Origin: an uncultured Chloroflexia bacterium
GTDB lineage: Bacteria > Chloroflexota > Anaerolineae > Anaerolineales > UBA4823
Direction: 5' to 3'
Length of the DNA stretch: 24,000 nucleotides
NCBI GenBank assembly: GCA_963770655.1
Contig: CAVYQO010000009.1
Coordinates: forward strand, 69,084 to 93,083
Position numbers and translations under genes: made by a program. Under the pieces are notes generated by a model. That model saw nothing but the letters and a program-made list of their open reading frames with translations, had not been told where the DNA came from and ran no database searches. Below, piece after piece: positions 8,901 to 18,443 of the stretch. How positions within the stretch are numbered: position 1 is the first letter of the stretch; each line of letters begins with the position of its first letter.

Positions 8901-9836
8901 ATGACCCAAAGAATTGCATTTCTTTTTCCAGGCCAGGGATCCCAGTTTGTCGGGATGGGCAATGAGTTGGCTGATGCTTTCGCGACGGCTAGAAAAGTAT
9001 TTGAAGAGGCTGATGAAATTTTGGGAGTTAACCTTTCTGAGTTAGCCTGGCGAGGACCTGCCGAAGAATTAAACGACACGGTCAACACCCAACCCGCCCT
9101 GCTTGTGCATTCGGTGGCGGTCTTGGAAGTTCTCCGCCAGGAATATCCACGTATTGAAGCGCAGTTCGTTGCTGGACATTCGATGGGAGAGTTGAGCGCA
9201 TTGGTCGCTGCTGGGGCGTTGAGTTTCGAAAAGGCCCTGCTGCTTGCCCGGAAGCGCGGCGAATTGATGAAACGAGCCGGCGAGACGAATCCAGGCGGGA
9301 TGGCGGCAATTTTAGGATTAGATATCAAGACTCTGGAAGGAGTCTGCGCCCAGGCAAGCACTCCACTAGAGGTGGTTCAGGTTGCAAATGATAATTGTCC
9401 TGGTCAGGTGGTCATCTCTGGCAACAGCCAGGCGCTCATCCGCGCAATTCAGCTTGCCCAAGAAGCCGGGGCGCGCCGGGCAAAAGCCCTGGCGGTGAGT
9501 ATTGCCGCGCATTCACCTCTAATGCTTAACGCCCAAGCTAACTTCAACCAAGCTATCGATAACGCTTCGATTCAGGACCCTACCACGCCGATGATCGGAA
9601 ATTTGAGCGCAACTCCGCTAAACACCGCCGATGAAATCCGGATGGACCTACAAGGGCAGTTGACTTCGCGGGTACGCTGGACTGAATCGATCGAAACGTT
9701 GCTCGCTCAAAATATCAGCTTATTTTTCGAGCTGGGGAGCGGCAACGTGCTGACCGGATTGTTGAAACGGATCAATGATCAGGTAACCGGGCTGGCTTTG
9801 GGGTCATCGACGGATTTCGCAAAAATTACCCTGTAA
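8901..9836 (+). CDS. fabD: Malonyl-CoA:ACP transacylase
   Basis: FLFPGQGSQFVGMG, GHSMGELSALVAAGAL, PLMLNAQ, FFELGSGNVLTGLLKR. ATG 8901 preceded by GGATGAGGTG. Confidence 0.95.
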   Translation: MTQRIAFLFPGQGSQFVGMGNELADAFATARKVFEEADEILGVNLSELAWRGPAEELNDTVNTQPALLVHSVAVLEVLRQEYPRIEAQFVAGHSMGELSALVAAGALSFEKALLLARKRGELMKRAGETNPGGMAAILGLDIKTLEGVCAQASTPLEVVQVANDNCPGQVVISGNSQALIRAIQLAQEAGARRAKALAVSIAAHSPLMLNAQANFNQAIDNASIQDPTTPMIGNLSATPLNTADEIRMDLQGQLTSRVRWTESIETLLAQNISLFFELGSGNVLTGLLKRINDQVTGLALGSSTDFAKITL

Positions 9837-9954
9837 TTGGATTGCCAACAAACAAGACCGCACCGAGAATCAGGGATGATGGATTGGATTGCCTTTGAAA
9901 AATCCCCTAAATTTCAATTGCGGTATAATCACATTGCTAAAGGAGAACTGAACC

Positions 9955-10701
9955 ATGAGCTTCGAAGGAAAAACTGCAGTGATCACAGGCGCTTCGCGAG
10001 GGATCGGGCGAGCAATCGCTGAGGTATTCGCTGAACGCGGTGCAGATGTGGTAATTGCCGATATCAACGAGCCGCTTGCTCAAAGCACGGCCCAGGAAAT
10101 CGCGGCAAGTACTGGCCGGCGAGCGCTTCCGGTGATGGTGAACGTTTCTGAGCTGGCCTCCTGCCAACAAATGATCGATACTGCAATCGCCGAATTTGGG
10201 AAAGTTGACATTTTGGTAAATAACGCCGGCATCACGCGTGATAATCTGATTATGCGCATGGACGAGAAGGATTTCGATTTGGTGATCGATATCAACTTGA
10301 AAGGTGTTTGGAACTGCGCCAAGGCCACGGTGCGCTCAATGATGAAACAGCGCTATGGGCGGATCGTCAACGTTGCCTCGGTATCAGGTATCGGTGGGCT
10401 CCCTGGGCAAACCAATTATTCAGCCTCGAAGGCCGGGGTAATTGGGCTTACCAAAGCGCTGGCTAAAGAGGTCGCAGCGCGAAACATCACGGTCAATGCA
10501 GTCGCGCCTGGGTATGTGACCACTGTTCTCACCCAGGATTTATCGGACGAGATTAAAGACTTTGCATCCCGAATTACCCCGATCCAACGCTGGGCTGAAC
10601 CACGTGAGATTGCTTATGCTGTTGCTTTCTTTGCCTCGGATGAGGCCGCCTATATCACCGGACAAGTACTGCGGATCGACGGCGGGATGTTACTAGGATA
10701 A
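9955..10701 (+). CDS. fabG: 3-oxoacyl-ACP reductase FabG (SDR family)
   Basis: VITGASRGIGRAIAEVFA, NNAGITRDNLIMRM, YSASKAGVIGLTKALAKE, GGMLLG. SD AAGGAGAA upstream. Confidence 0.93.
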   Translation: MSFEGKTAVITGASRGIGRAIAEVFAERGADVVIADINEPLAQSTAQEIAASTGRRALPVMVNVSELASCQQMIDTAIAEFGKVDILVNNAGITRDNLIMRMDEKDFDLVIDINLKGVWNCAKATVRSMMKQRYGRIVNVASVSGIGGLPGQTNYSASKAGVIGLTKALAKEVAARNITVNAVAPGYVTTVLTQDLSDEIKDFASRITPIQRWAEPREIAYAVAFFASDEAAYITGQVLRIDGGMLLG

Positions 10702-10766
10702 AACACGAACAACAAAAGGAACCATACCAACGATTGGTATGGTTCCTTAGTAGATCAGGAGGCAAG

Positions 10767-11192
10767 ATGACTAATTCGAAGCAAAACTCCCCAACTGAAA
10801 GCGGCGAAAAAAAACGAAGAGCAAAAAAAAGAGATCCCGAAACATCCGTAGTTGAATATGTAAATGGACCGGGTATCACCACGATCGCCCCCGAAGTCAT
10901 CATAAGTATTGCGCGATTGACCACCATTGAAACTCCCGGCGTCAGCCGGATGAGCCCAGTACCCGGTGCGGTCAGCCGGCTGCGCCGGGGAGGCGCCGAC
11001 GGGATTCTTCTCGATATTGTCAATGAATCGGTCACTGCAGAAGTTTACATTGTCGTCAAAAACGACGTCAATTTGCGCGAGGTCAGTCGAAATGTGCAGC
11101 GCAACGTCACTCGAGCAATTTCAGAAATGGTGGGTCTCCAGGTTGGGCGAGTGAATATTCATATCGAAGATATCGATTTTCCAGCGGGGTGA
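10767..11192 (+). CDS. Asp23/Gls24 family protein
   Basis: GITTIAPEVIISIARLTTIETPGV...GILLDIVNESVTAEVYIVVKNDVNLREVSRNVQRNVTRAISEMVGLQVGRVNIHIEDI; located directly upstream of nusB. Confidence 0.85.
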   Translation: MTNSKQNSPTESGEKKRRAKKRDPETSVVEYVNGPGITTIAPEVIISIARLTTIETPGVSRMSPVPGAVSRLRRGGADGILLDIVNESVTAEVYIVVKNDVNLREVSRNVQRNVTRAISEMVGLQVGRVNIHIEDIDFPAG

Positions 11193-11207
11193 AAGGTACG
11201 CCACGAC

Positions 11208-11693
11208 ATGAAACCTCGCACCAAGGCGCGCGGCATAGCCCTGCAAGCCCTCTATGAAATTGATATGACCGGCCATGTTCCGCAGAAGGTGATCCTCGAG
11301 CGAGTGACAGAAGCTGGACTAGATGAAGAGCTCAGCGAGTTTGCCACAACGATCGCACTTAACGTTTGGTCAATGGTTGCCGTCCTGGATAAATTCATTG
11401 GCGAACATGCCCCCGAATGGCCGCTTGACCAGGTGGCTGTAATCGACAGAAACATCCTGCGGATTGCGCTTTGGGAATTTGCCGTCAGCGGACAAACTCC
11501 AGTAAAAGTCGCGATTAATGAAGCAGTCGAGCTCGCTAAGGTGTATGGCTCAGATAGCTCGCCGCGGTTTGTCAATGGCGTCCTGGGTAGTTTGTCATCC
11601 AACCAGAACCAGATCCAACAAGCCTTGAAGCGCCTTGACTCGAACAAGACGCCTCCAGTGCAAGAGAGCACACCGCCGGATCTTTCATCATAA
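11208..11693 (+). CDS. nusB: Transcription antitermination factor NusB
   Basis: RTKARGIALQALYEIDMTG...DQVAVIDRNILRIALWEF...VKVAINEAVELAKVYGSDSSPRFVNGVLGSL. Confidence 0.93.
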   Translation: MKPRTKARGIALQALYEIDMTGHVPQKVILERVTEAGLDEELSEFATTIALNVWSMVAVLDKFIGEHAPEWPLDQVAVIDRNILRIALWEFAVSGQTPVKVAINEAVELAKVYGSDSSPRFVNGVLGSLSSNQNQIQQALKRLDSNKTPPVQESTPPDLSS

Positions 11694-11705
11694 TTTAGAT
11701 AAGTC

Positions 11706-12281
11706 ATGGAATTTCTTGGGATCGGTCCCCTTGAACTACTGATCGTCTTGCTGCTTGCCTTGGTCTTGCTAGGACCAAAGGATATGGCTAAAGCGGGTCG
11801 TTCCCTGGGAAAATACATGCGCAAGATTGTCACCTCCCCGCAGTGGAAGGTTGTCACGCAAACCTCGCAGGAATTGCGCAATCTGCCGAACCGGTTAATC
11901 CGTGAAGCCGGCCTGGAGGATATGCAGCAAGAAATTAACAGTCTCCAACAGACCACCTCCGATATACAGGACGTGCTGCGAACATCATCGATCCTACCCC
12001 CGAGTTGGCAGGGAGGGAATACCAGGCAAGCTCCGGTGGGCGACCCGGCAGATCCTCACCAAGATACTGGAACCATTCCCGCAAACGCTGAGCCCGGTAA
12101 TCAGGAGATCGAAGCAGTGTCCAGGAATCAACAAACCTCCGATACGCAAGGTGCAATGGATCTTTCAGCCTGGACTGGAACCGCTCAAGGAAGCACTAAG
12201 CAAACATCCAGCAATCCGGCGGATTTTTCTGCCTGGATTACCCCTTCTAAACCTTCCAAGAAATCACCCACCAAAAAATAG
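11706..12281 (+). CDS. tatB: Sec-independent (Tat) translocase TatA/TatB-family subunit
   Basis: N-terminal TM plus amphipathic helix: MEFLGIGPLELLIVLLLALVLLGPKDMAKAGRSLGKYMRK; immediately followed by tatC. Confidence 0.8.
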   Translation: MEFLGIGPLELLIVLLLALVLLGPKDMAKAGRSLGKYMRKIVTSPQWKVVTQTSQELRNLPNRLIREAGLEDMQQEINSLQQTTSDIQDVLRTSSILPPSWQGGNTRQAPVGDPADPHQDTGTIPANAEPGNQEIEAVSRNQQTSDTQGAMDLSAWTGTAQGSTKQTSSNPADFSAWITPSKPSKKSPTKK

Positions 12282-12290
12282 CGTTCAATC

Positions 12291-13175
12291 ATGCATTCTT
12301 GGAAGAAATTCTTTCACCGGCTTACCAAACCCTTTCGGCTGATTGGCCGATTATTTGGTAAATTATTCGGCTGGCCACGCCGAACCTTCAATCGAATCCG
12401 GGTATTTTTCACCGAAGAGCCTGAAGAAGCGCCGATCACAGAAACCCTGGCAAAGACCGTTGAAAACCCAGAAGGAATGTTTTCCCACCTGATCGCATTG
12501 CGTAAACACTTGACGCGTGCGATTCTTGTGTTTCTAATCATGACCACCCTGGCGGTTGTCTACAATGAAATTATTTTGGAATTCATGACCGAACCGGTAG
12601 GTGGAATTAAAGATGTCATCGCCATCGACGTAACCGAACCCCTCAGCACAGTGATGAAGACATCCTTACTGGTGGGTTTCGCACTTGCCCTGCCCTACAT
12701 TGCCTTTGAGTTATACCTGTTTGTTGCCCCGGCGCTCAGCGCGCGGGCACGGATGTGGGGCTTGATGGCAATTCCAGCTGTGCTGATCCTGTTTGTCACC
12801 GGAATGGCTTTTGCTTATTATATTATGCTGCCGACCGCCGTCCCTTTTTTGTTGAATGTCGGCGGTGTGACGGCCCAGATTCGACTTTCATCCATTGTCA
12901 GCTTTGTGACACGAGTTCTATTCTGGATTGGGATTTCTTTTGAGTTTCCCCTCATCATATTTATCCTGGCGGGACTGGGTATTGTTAACTCCCACCAACT
13001 CCTTCAAAATTGGCGAATTGCGGTAGTCGTCATCGCGATTGTCGCCGCAATAGTCACCCCGACGATCGACCCAGTGAGTATGGGGATTGTGATGGCGCCT
13101 CTAATTTTGTTATATTTTTTGAGCATTGGCCTGGCGGCACTAGCCGGTCGGAGCCGCGCCAGAGCAGCCGCATAA
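12291..13175 (+). CDS. tatC: Sec-independent protein translocase TatC
   Basis: HLIALRKHLTRAILVFL, FALPYIAFELYLFVAPALSARAR, FRVLFWIGISFEFPLIIFILAGLGIV, AAIVTPTIDPVSMGIVMAPLILLYFLSIGLA. Confidence 0.93.
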   Translation: MHSWKKFFHRLTKPFRLIGRLFGKLFGWPRRTFNRIRVFFTEEPEEAPITETLAKTVENPEGMFSHLIALRKHLTRAILVFLIMTTLAVVYNEIILEFMTEPVGGIKDVIAIDVTEPLSTVMKTSLLVGFALALPYIAFELYLFVAPALSARARMWGLMAIPAVLILFVTGMAFAYYIMLPTAVPFLLNVGGVTAQIRLSSIVSFVTRVLFWIGISFEFPLIIFILAGLGIVNSHQLLQNWRIAVVVIAIVAAIVTPTIDPVSMGIVMAPLILLYFLSIGLAALAGRSRARAAA

Positions 13176-13237
13176 ACTAAAAATGGATACAACGGGGGTT
13201 TCGTTCGATTAGGCTAATAAGAGGAGAGGCTGATCAA

Positions 13238-14866
13238 ATGGGTGTGATTCATTCCACGGTGCAGACCAATAGTCCAGAATATTCGGCCAACGCAAGTCGC
13301 CATCGAGAGCTGGCCGATCAGCTCCACCAGAAGGTAGCCGAAGCCAGGCAGGGCGGAGGGGCGCGTTACCGAGAACGCCATCAGGTTTTGGGCAAACTCT
13401 TCGTTCATGAGCGAATCGAGGGGTTGTTAGATCCTGGCTCGCCCTTCCTGGAATTGTCACCCCTGGCGGGTTATCAAGTTTATATCGACCCGGCACCTGC
13501 AGCAGGTATTATCACCGGGATTGGCCGGGTAGCAGGGCGCGAAGTGATGATCATCGCCAACGACGCCACTGTAAAAGGCGGCTCGTACTACCCCTTGACC
13601 GTAAAAAAGCATTTGCGTGCCCAAGAAATTGCCGAAGAAAACTATCTCCCGTGTGTGTACCTGGTTGATTCTGGTGGGGCCTATCTGCCGATGCAAGATG
13701 AGGTATTTCCCGATTCGACCCATTTTGGACGGATTTTCTACAATCAAGCGCGGATGAGCGCAAAAGCCATCCCCCAAATTGCGGCGGTGATGGGTTCTTG
13801 CACCGCCGGAGGCGCTTATGTACCGGCGATGAGCGATGAAACCGTGATCGTAAAAGGAACCGGGACGATTTTCTTAGCCGGACCTCCATTGGTAAGAGCA
13901 GCAACGGGGGAGATTATCAGCGCAGAAGAGCTAGGCGGCGCCGATGTCCATACGCGCCGATTGGGGGTCGCTGATCATTTTGCAGATGACGACGAGCATG
14001 CCATCGAGCTGCTGCGCGGTATCATCGAGAGTCTACCCAAAGCCCGTTCGACCAGCCCGACATGGCTTGATCATCTGGACGTATCCGAACCAGAAGAACC
14101 TGTTTATCCAGCAGAAGAAATTTACGGCATCTTACCCACCAGTTTTCGGCAAAGCTATGACGTCCGCGAAATCATTGCCAGGATCGTTGATGGCAGTGAA
14201 TTTCGTGAGTTCAAAGCCCGCTACGGGATGACCTTGATCTGCGGTTTTGCCCGCATCCACGGCTACCCGGTGGGAGTCATTGGCAACAACGGTGTCCTTC
14301 TCAGTGAGAGCGCTTTGAAGGGAACCCATTTTATCGAGCTTTGCGAACAGCGAGGAATTCCGATCCTCTTTTTACAAAATATAACCGGTTTTATGGTCGG
14401 AAAAGATGCCGAGACCGGTGGAATTGCCAAGGACGGCGCGAAAATGGTCCATGCAGTTTCAAATACTTCCGTACCGAAACTAACCGTGGTGATTGGCGGG
14501 TCATTTGGTGCAGGCAACTATGGCATGGCTGGGCGTGCCTTCGATCCAAGGTTTTTATGGATGTGGCCCAATGGGCGGATCAGCGTCATGGGCGGTGAAC
14601 AGGCGGCGAATGTACTCTTGATGATCAAACAGGAACAGCTTGAACGGGAAGGTAGACCGCCGCTTTCACAAGAAGAAGCTGATAAGTTCAAGCAGCCGAT
14701 CCTGGAAAAATATGAGCACGAGGGCAGCCCCTATTATTCAAGCGCCCGTTTATGGGACGATGGCGTTCTTGATCCAATCGAGACCAGGCGAACGTTAGCG
14801 CTGGCGCTTGCGATTGTGCTGAACTCGCCCAGGACTACCGGCAATTTTGGCGTCTTTCGAATGTGA
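13238..14866 (+). CDS. Acyl-CoA carboxylase carboxyltransferase (beta) subunit, methylcrotonyl-CoA carboxylase-like
   Basis: 542 aa: [102 protein letters not shown], all closest in my recall to MCC-beta. Confidence 0.9.
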   Translation: MGVIHSTVQTNSPEYSANASRHRELADQLHQKVAEARQGGGARYRERHQVLGKLFVHERIEGLLDPGSPFLELSPLAGYQVYIDPAPAAGIITGIGRVAGREVMIIANDATVKGGSYYPLTVKKHLRAQEIAEENYLPCVYLVDSGGAYLPMQDEVFPDSTHFGRIFYNQARMSAKAIPQIAAVMGSCTAGGAYVPAMSDETVIVKGTGTIFLAGPPLVRAATGEIISAEELGGADVHTRRLGVADHFADDDEHAIELLRGIIESLPKARSTSPTWLDHLDVSEPEEPVYPAEEIYGILPTSFRQSYDVREIIARIVDGSEFREFKARYGMTLICGFARIHGYPVGVIGNNGVLLSESALKGTHFIELCEQRGIPILFLQNITGFMVGKDAETGGIAKDGAKMVHAVSNTSVPKLTVVIGGSFGAGNYGMAGRAFDPRFLWMWPNGRISVMGGEQAANVLLMIKQEQLEREGRPPLSQEEADKFKQPILEKYEHEGSPYYSSARLWDDGVLDPIETRRTLALALAIVLNSPRTTGNFGVFRM

Positions 14867-14881
14867 GCAGAAAGGAATAGC

Positions 14882-15883
14882 ATGAACATCTTAATCATTG
14901 GTGGAAAACGTTTCGTAGGCAGAGCGTTGGTTGAAACCGCGCTGGCGGCTGGTCACACACTCACTCTGTTCAACCGCGGCCAATCGAATTCAGATTGGTT
15001 TCCCGAAGTAGAAAACATAGCCGGCGATCGCAATGGGGATTTAAGCGCGCTGCAAAACAGACATTGGCAGGCAGTTATCGATACCTGCGGGTATTTTCCG
15101 CGCCAGGTAAACAACCTGCTGACTGCGATTGGGGCGCAAATCGACCACTACACATTCATTTCTTCGATCTCGGTCTATGCAGATTTTAGCAAGCCTGGTC
15201 TGAGCGAGGGCGACCCGGTCGCAAAAATAGACGATCCAAGCATTGAAGAAATCACTGGCGAGAGTTATGGCGCTCTTAAGGCATTATGCGAACAAAGCGC
15301 CGAAACCCTACTCCCAGACCGTGTTTTGACGGTGCGACCAGGCTTAATTGTCGGTCCATATGACCTATCAGACCGCTTTACCTACTGGCCGGTTCGTGTA
15401 CAGCGCGGTGGGGAAATCCTGGCTCCTGATTCTCCGGATTGGTTGACCCAGATTATCGACGTCCGGGACCTGGCAGAATGGACGATCCGCCTGGTCGAAC
15501 ACAACGTCACCGGTATATTTAACGCAACGGGACCGGAAAAACCACTGACGTTTGGTGCTGTGCTCGAGGCAAGCTGCAAGATCAGTGGTAATCAACCAGA
15601 TTTCACCTGGGTAAGCACAAAGTTTCTTCTAGAAAAAGGCGTCCAACCCTGGAGCGAGCTGCCCATGTGGCTTCCTGGAGATGAGGACGCGGGCGGAAAC
15701 GAAATCGATAACCGAAAAGCTGTTCAACATGGGTTAACATTTTCACCCATCGAGCGCACGATTGAAGACACCTTGACCTGGGAAGCCACTCGGCCACTCG
15801 ATCACCCATGGAGAGCAGGTCTTCCCGCCGATCGTGAACGCCAACTACTCGAAGAGTGGCGCAAGGCAAACTTGCCAGCTTGA
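14882..15883 (+). CDS. NAD(P)-dependent epimerase/reductase-like protein (atypical/extended SDR)
   Basis: MNILIIGGKRFVGRALVETAL Rossmann motif, FISSISVYADFS, VLTVRPGLIVGPYDLSDRF. Confidence 0.8.
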   Translation: MNILIIGGKRFVGRALVETALAAGHTLTLFNRGQSNSDWFPEVENIAGDRNGDLSALQNRHWQAVIDTCGYFPRQVNNLLTAIGAQIDHYTFISSISVYADFSKPGLSEGDPVAKIDDPSIEEITGESYGALKALCEQSAETLLPDRVLTVRPGLIVGPYDLSDRFTYWPVRVQRGGEILAPDSPDWLTQIIDVRDLAEWTIRLVEHNVTGIFNATGPEKPLTFGAVLEASCKISGNQPDFTWVSTKFLLEKGVQPWSELPMWLPGDEDAGGNEIDNRKAVQHGLTFSPIERTIEDTLTWEATRPLDHPWRAGLPADRERQLLEEWRKANLPA

Positions 15884-15890
15884 ACAGGCG

Positions 15891-17408
15891 ATGACGGTCC
15901 AGGAATTTCGCAAAATATTGGTGGCAAACCGAGGGGAAATTGCGGTGCGGGTGATACGCGCCTGCCGCGAGATGGGGATAGGCAGCGTGGCAGTCTATTC
16001 GGACGTAGATCGAAACTCCCTGCATGTCCGCCTGGCAGATAAAGCGGTTCATATAGGCCAGTCGCCGCCCAGTCTCTCGTATCTAAATCAAGAACGGATC
16101 ATCCAGGCAGCGTTGGACAGCGGCGCCGAGGCGATCCACCCAGGATACGGCTTGCTTTCCGAGAATGTAACATTTGCCCAGGCAGTCGAAGATGCGGGGC
16201 TGGTGTTTATCGGCCCTCCATCGCGGGCAATTGCCAGCATGGGGGATAAAGGAGCCGCACGGCAGGTGATGGAAAGCGCAGACGTACCGGTCATCCCAGG
16301 TTATCATGGGCCGGATGATGAGGCGGCATTTTTGCAAGCAGCAGAGGAGCTGGGCTATCCTGTCTTGGTAAAAGCGGTGGCTGGCGGCGGCGGCAAAGGG
16401 ATGCGTCTAGCCTGGTCGCCCAATGAGCTGCCGGCGGCGATGGCTGCTGCGCGGCGAGAAGCCCAGCACGCGTTTGATGAAGATCGCTTGATTCTCGAGG
16501 CCTTTATTCCCCAGGCCCGGCATATCGAGTTTCAAATTTTAGCTGATAAATTTGGTAACACTGTCCATCTTTTTGAAAGAGACTGTTCCACTCAGCGCCG
16601 TCATCAGAAGATCGTCGAAGAAACACCGGCAAAGATCTTGGATCCAGCTTTGCGAGCTGAAATGGGCGGGATTGCCGTTAAAGCTGCGAAAGCCGTCGGT
16701 TATATCAATGCCGGCACAGTAGAATTTGTTTTTGATCCAGCTCGACGCCATTACTATTTCCTGGAGATGAATACCAGGATTCAGGTCGAACACCCGATCA
16801 CAGAATTGGTCGCCGGGATCGACCTGGTGCAGTGGCAAATTCGGATTGCAGCGGGGCAGCAGATTCCGTTTAACCAGGAAGATATTTATCAACGCGGCCA
16901 TGCGCTTGAGTGCCGGTTATATGCTGAAGATCCAGAGCACCAATTTTTGCCAGCCGGGGGCAGGCTGCTCGACTTTAGAGCACCAATTGGCCCGGGGATC
17001 AGGCTCGATTCCGGTTATGCCAGCGGAGATGAAATACCGATCGATTACGATCCGCTGATTGCCAAAATCATCGTCCATGCCGAAGATCGAGACCAGGCTC
17101 TGTCGCGGATGTTATCTGCAATCCACGAAACAGTGATCCTGGGTCTACCCACAAACCAGGCTTTCCTGGCAGATTTGATTTCCTCAGAAGCCTTCAGAAA
17201 AGGACAAGTCCATACCACCTGGGTTGAGGAAACCTTTATCAACCAGCATGAGTTAGCTCCTGAACTGCCACCAGAAGTCATCATTACCGCAGCACTGATC
17301 GAGCGTTTCCGCACCCAGGCAGATCCGGCTGGCAAGACAGCCTTTGCCCGAGATCCATTCAACCCCTGGAAGCTCGATGATCATTTTCGATCTGGAAGAT
17401 CAGCATGA
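15891..17408 (+). CDS. Biotin carboxylase subunit of acyl-CoA carboxylase
   Basis: FRKILVANRGEIAVRVIRACREMGI, YPVLVKAVAGGGGKGMRL, FLEMNTRIQVEHPITELVAGIDLV. ATG 15891 is the likely start. Confidence 0.93.
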   Translation: MTVQEFRKILVANRGEIAVRVIRACREMGIGSVAVYSDVDRNSLHVRLADKAVHIGQSPPSLSYLNQERIIQAALDSGAEAIHPGYGLLSENVTFAQAVEDAGLVFIGPPSRAIASMGDKGAARQVMESADVPVIPGYHGPDDEAAFLQAAEELGYPVLVKAVAGGGGKGMRLAWSPNELPAAMAAARREAQHAFDEDRLILEAFIPQARHIEFQILADKFGNTVHLFERDCSTQRRHQKIVEETPAKILDPALRAEMGGIAVKAAKAVGYINAGTVEFVFDPARRHYYFLEMNTRIQVEHPITELVAGIDLVQWQIRIAAGQQIPFNQEDIYQRGHALECRLYAEDPEHQFLPAGGRLLDFRAPIGPGIRLDSGYASGDEIPIDYDPLIAKIIVHAEDRDQALSRMLSAIHETVILGLPTNQAFLADLISSEAFRKGQVHTTWVEETFINQHELAPELPPEVIITAALIERFRTQADPAGKTAFARDPFNPWKLDDHFRSGRSA

Positions 17409-17905
17409 ACCTGCAATTCTTCTCGGGAGATCGTCTATACGAAATAAAATTAGAGAAGCAAGGCGATGCCTTGCGGGCATGGATTAATGAGCAAACCTAC
17501 CTAGTGGAAATCTTTGACGAACAAGCCGGTGTTTTCAATATAAAAGTTGACGGACAAACCTTTCAATTGCATTGGGCGGAGGATAAAGGTCGCTATTGGA
17601 TTGCTGAGCGAGGACGGACGTACCGGCTTGAAGCAGCATCGAAACGAAACAGGCCCAAGTTGAACGAGCCTGATGAAGAGCGTCATATCCGCGCCCCAAT
17701 GCCTGCCCAGGTTCGAATGCTGGCCGTAGCTGTTGGTGAATTTGTCCAGACAGGCCAGACCCTGCTGATCCTGGAAGCGATGAAAATGGAAATTCGGATC
17801 ACTGCCGTACAAGATGGCCGAATTGAAAAGATTTTTATTGAGGCTGGACAAACGATCAGTCGTGACGAGTTGCTGATAGAAATTGAACCCGTCTTGAGCG
17901 GATAG
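17405..17905 (+). CDS. Biotin carboxyl carrier protein (separate subunit; N-terminal region may correspond to an MCC-alpha BT-like domain)
   Basis: LLILEAMKMEIRITAVQDGRIEKIFIEAGQ biotinyl motif. ATGA overlap with the biotin carboxylase gene. Confidence 0.88.
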   Translation: MNLQFFSGDRLYEIKLEKQGDALRAWINEQTYLVEIFDEQAGVFNIKVDGQTFQLHWAEDKGRYWIAERGRTYRLEAASKRNRPKLNEPDEERHIRAPMPAQVRMLAVAVGEFVQTGQTLLILEAMKMEIRITAVQDGRIEKIFIEAGQTISRDELLIEIEPVLSG

Positions 17906-17949
17906 ATTCTGTAAAACATTGAGCCCATATTTGGATCATTGGAGGCGGT

Positions 17950-18408
17950 ATGCCTGGTAAATATTTCGAAGACCTAGCCACCGGTCAATATTTCAAGCAC
18001 AGCACAGGTCGGACGGTTACCGAAACGGATAACGTGCTGTTCTGTTCACTCACCATGAATTCACAGCCATTGCATTTAAACGATGATTTTGCTTCAAGAT
18101 CGCAGTTTGGTCAGCGGATAATGAATGGTTTGTTTACGCTTGCTTTAGTGGTTGGGCTGAGTGTGAGCGAATTAACAGAAGGCACGATTGTGGCAAATCT
18201 GGGATATAACAATGTCACCCACCCGAATCCGCTCTTCCAAGGCGAGACAGTGTATGCAGAGAGCGAGATACTCGAAAAGCGCGAATCGAAATCTCGAAAT
18301 GATTGTGGGATTGTCCGCTTGAAGCAATTAGGAAAAAAACCAGATGGAACCGTTGTTGTTGAGCTCGAGCGTACGGTTTTGTTTTTAAAGCGTCCCAGGC
18401 AAGGGTAG
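17950..18408 (+). CDS. MaoC-like acyl-CoA dehydratase/hydratase
   Basis: GKYFEDLATGQYFKHSTGRTVTETDNVLFCSLTMNSQPLHLNDDFA...FGQRIMNGLFTLALVVGL hot-dog hydratase signature. Confidence 0.85.
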   Translation: MPGKYFEDLATGQYFKHSTGRTVTETDNVLFCSLTMNSQPLHLNDDFASRSQFGQRIMNGLFTLALVVGLSVSELTEGTIVANLGYNNVTHPNPLFQGETVYAESEILEKRESKSRNDCGIVRLKQLGKKPDGTVVVELERTVLFLKRPRQG

Positions 18409-18443
18409 AGACGAGTGGATGGCAAGATTGGAAGGAGGTAAGG

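Noticed and set aside
11252-11956. 234-aa minus-strand ORF opposite nusB
   Set aside because: Long but fully antisense to nusB and the tatB start, with low-complexity Ser/Arg/Cys content and no RBS or domain. Shadow ORF in GC-rich DNA.
15603-16052. 149-aa minus-strand ORF spanning the reductase/biotin carboxylase junction
   Set aside because: Cys/Arg/His-rich shadow translation covering the ends of two solid genes. No independent evidence.
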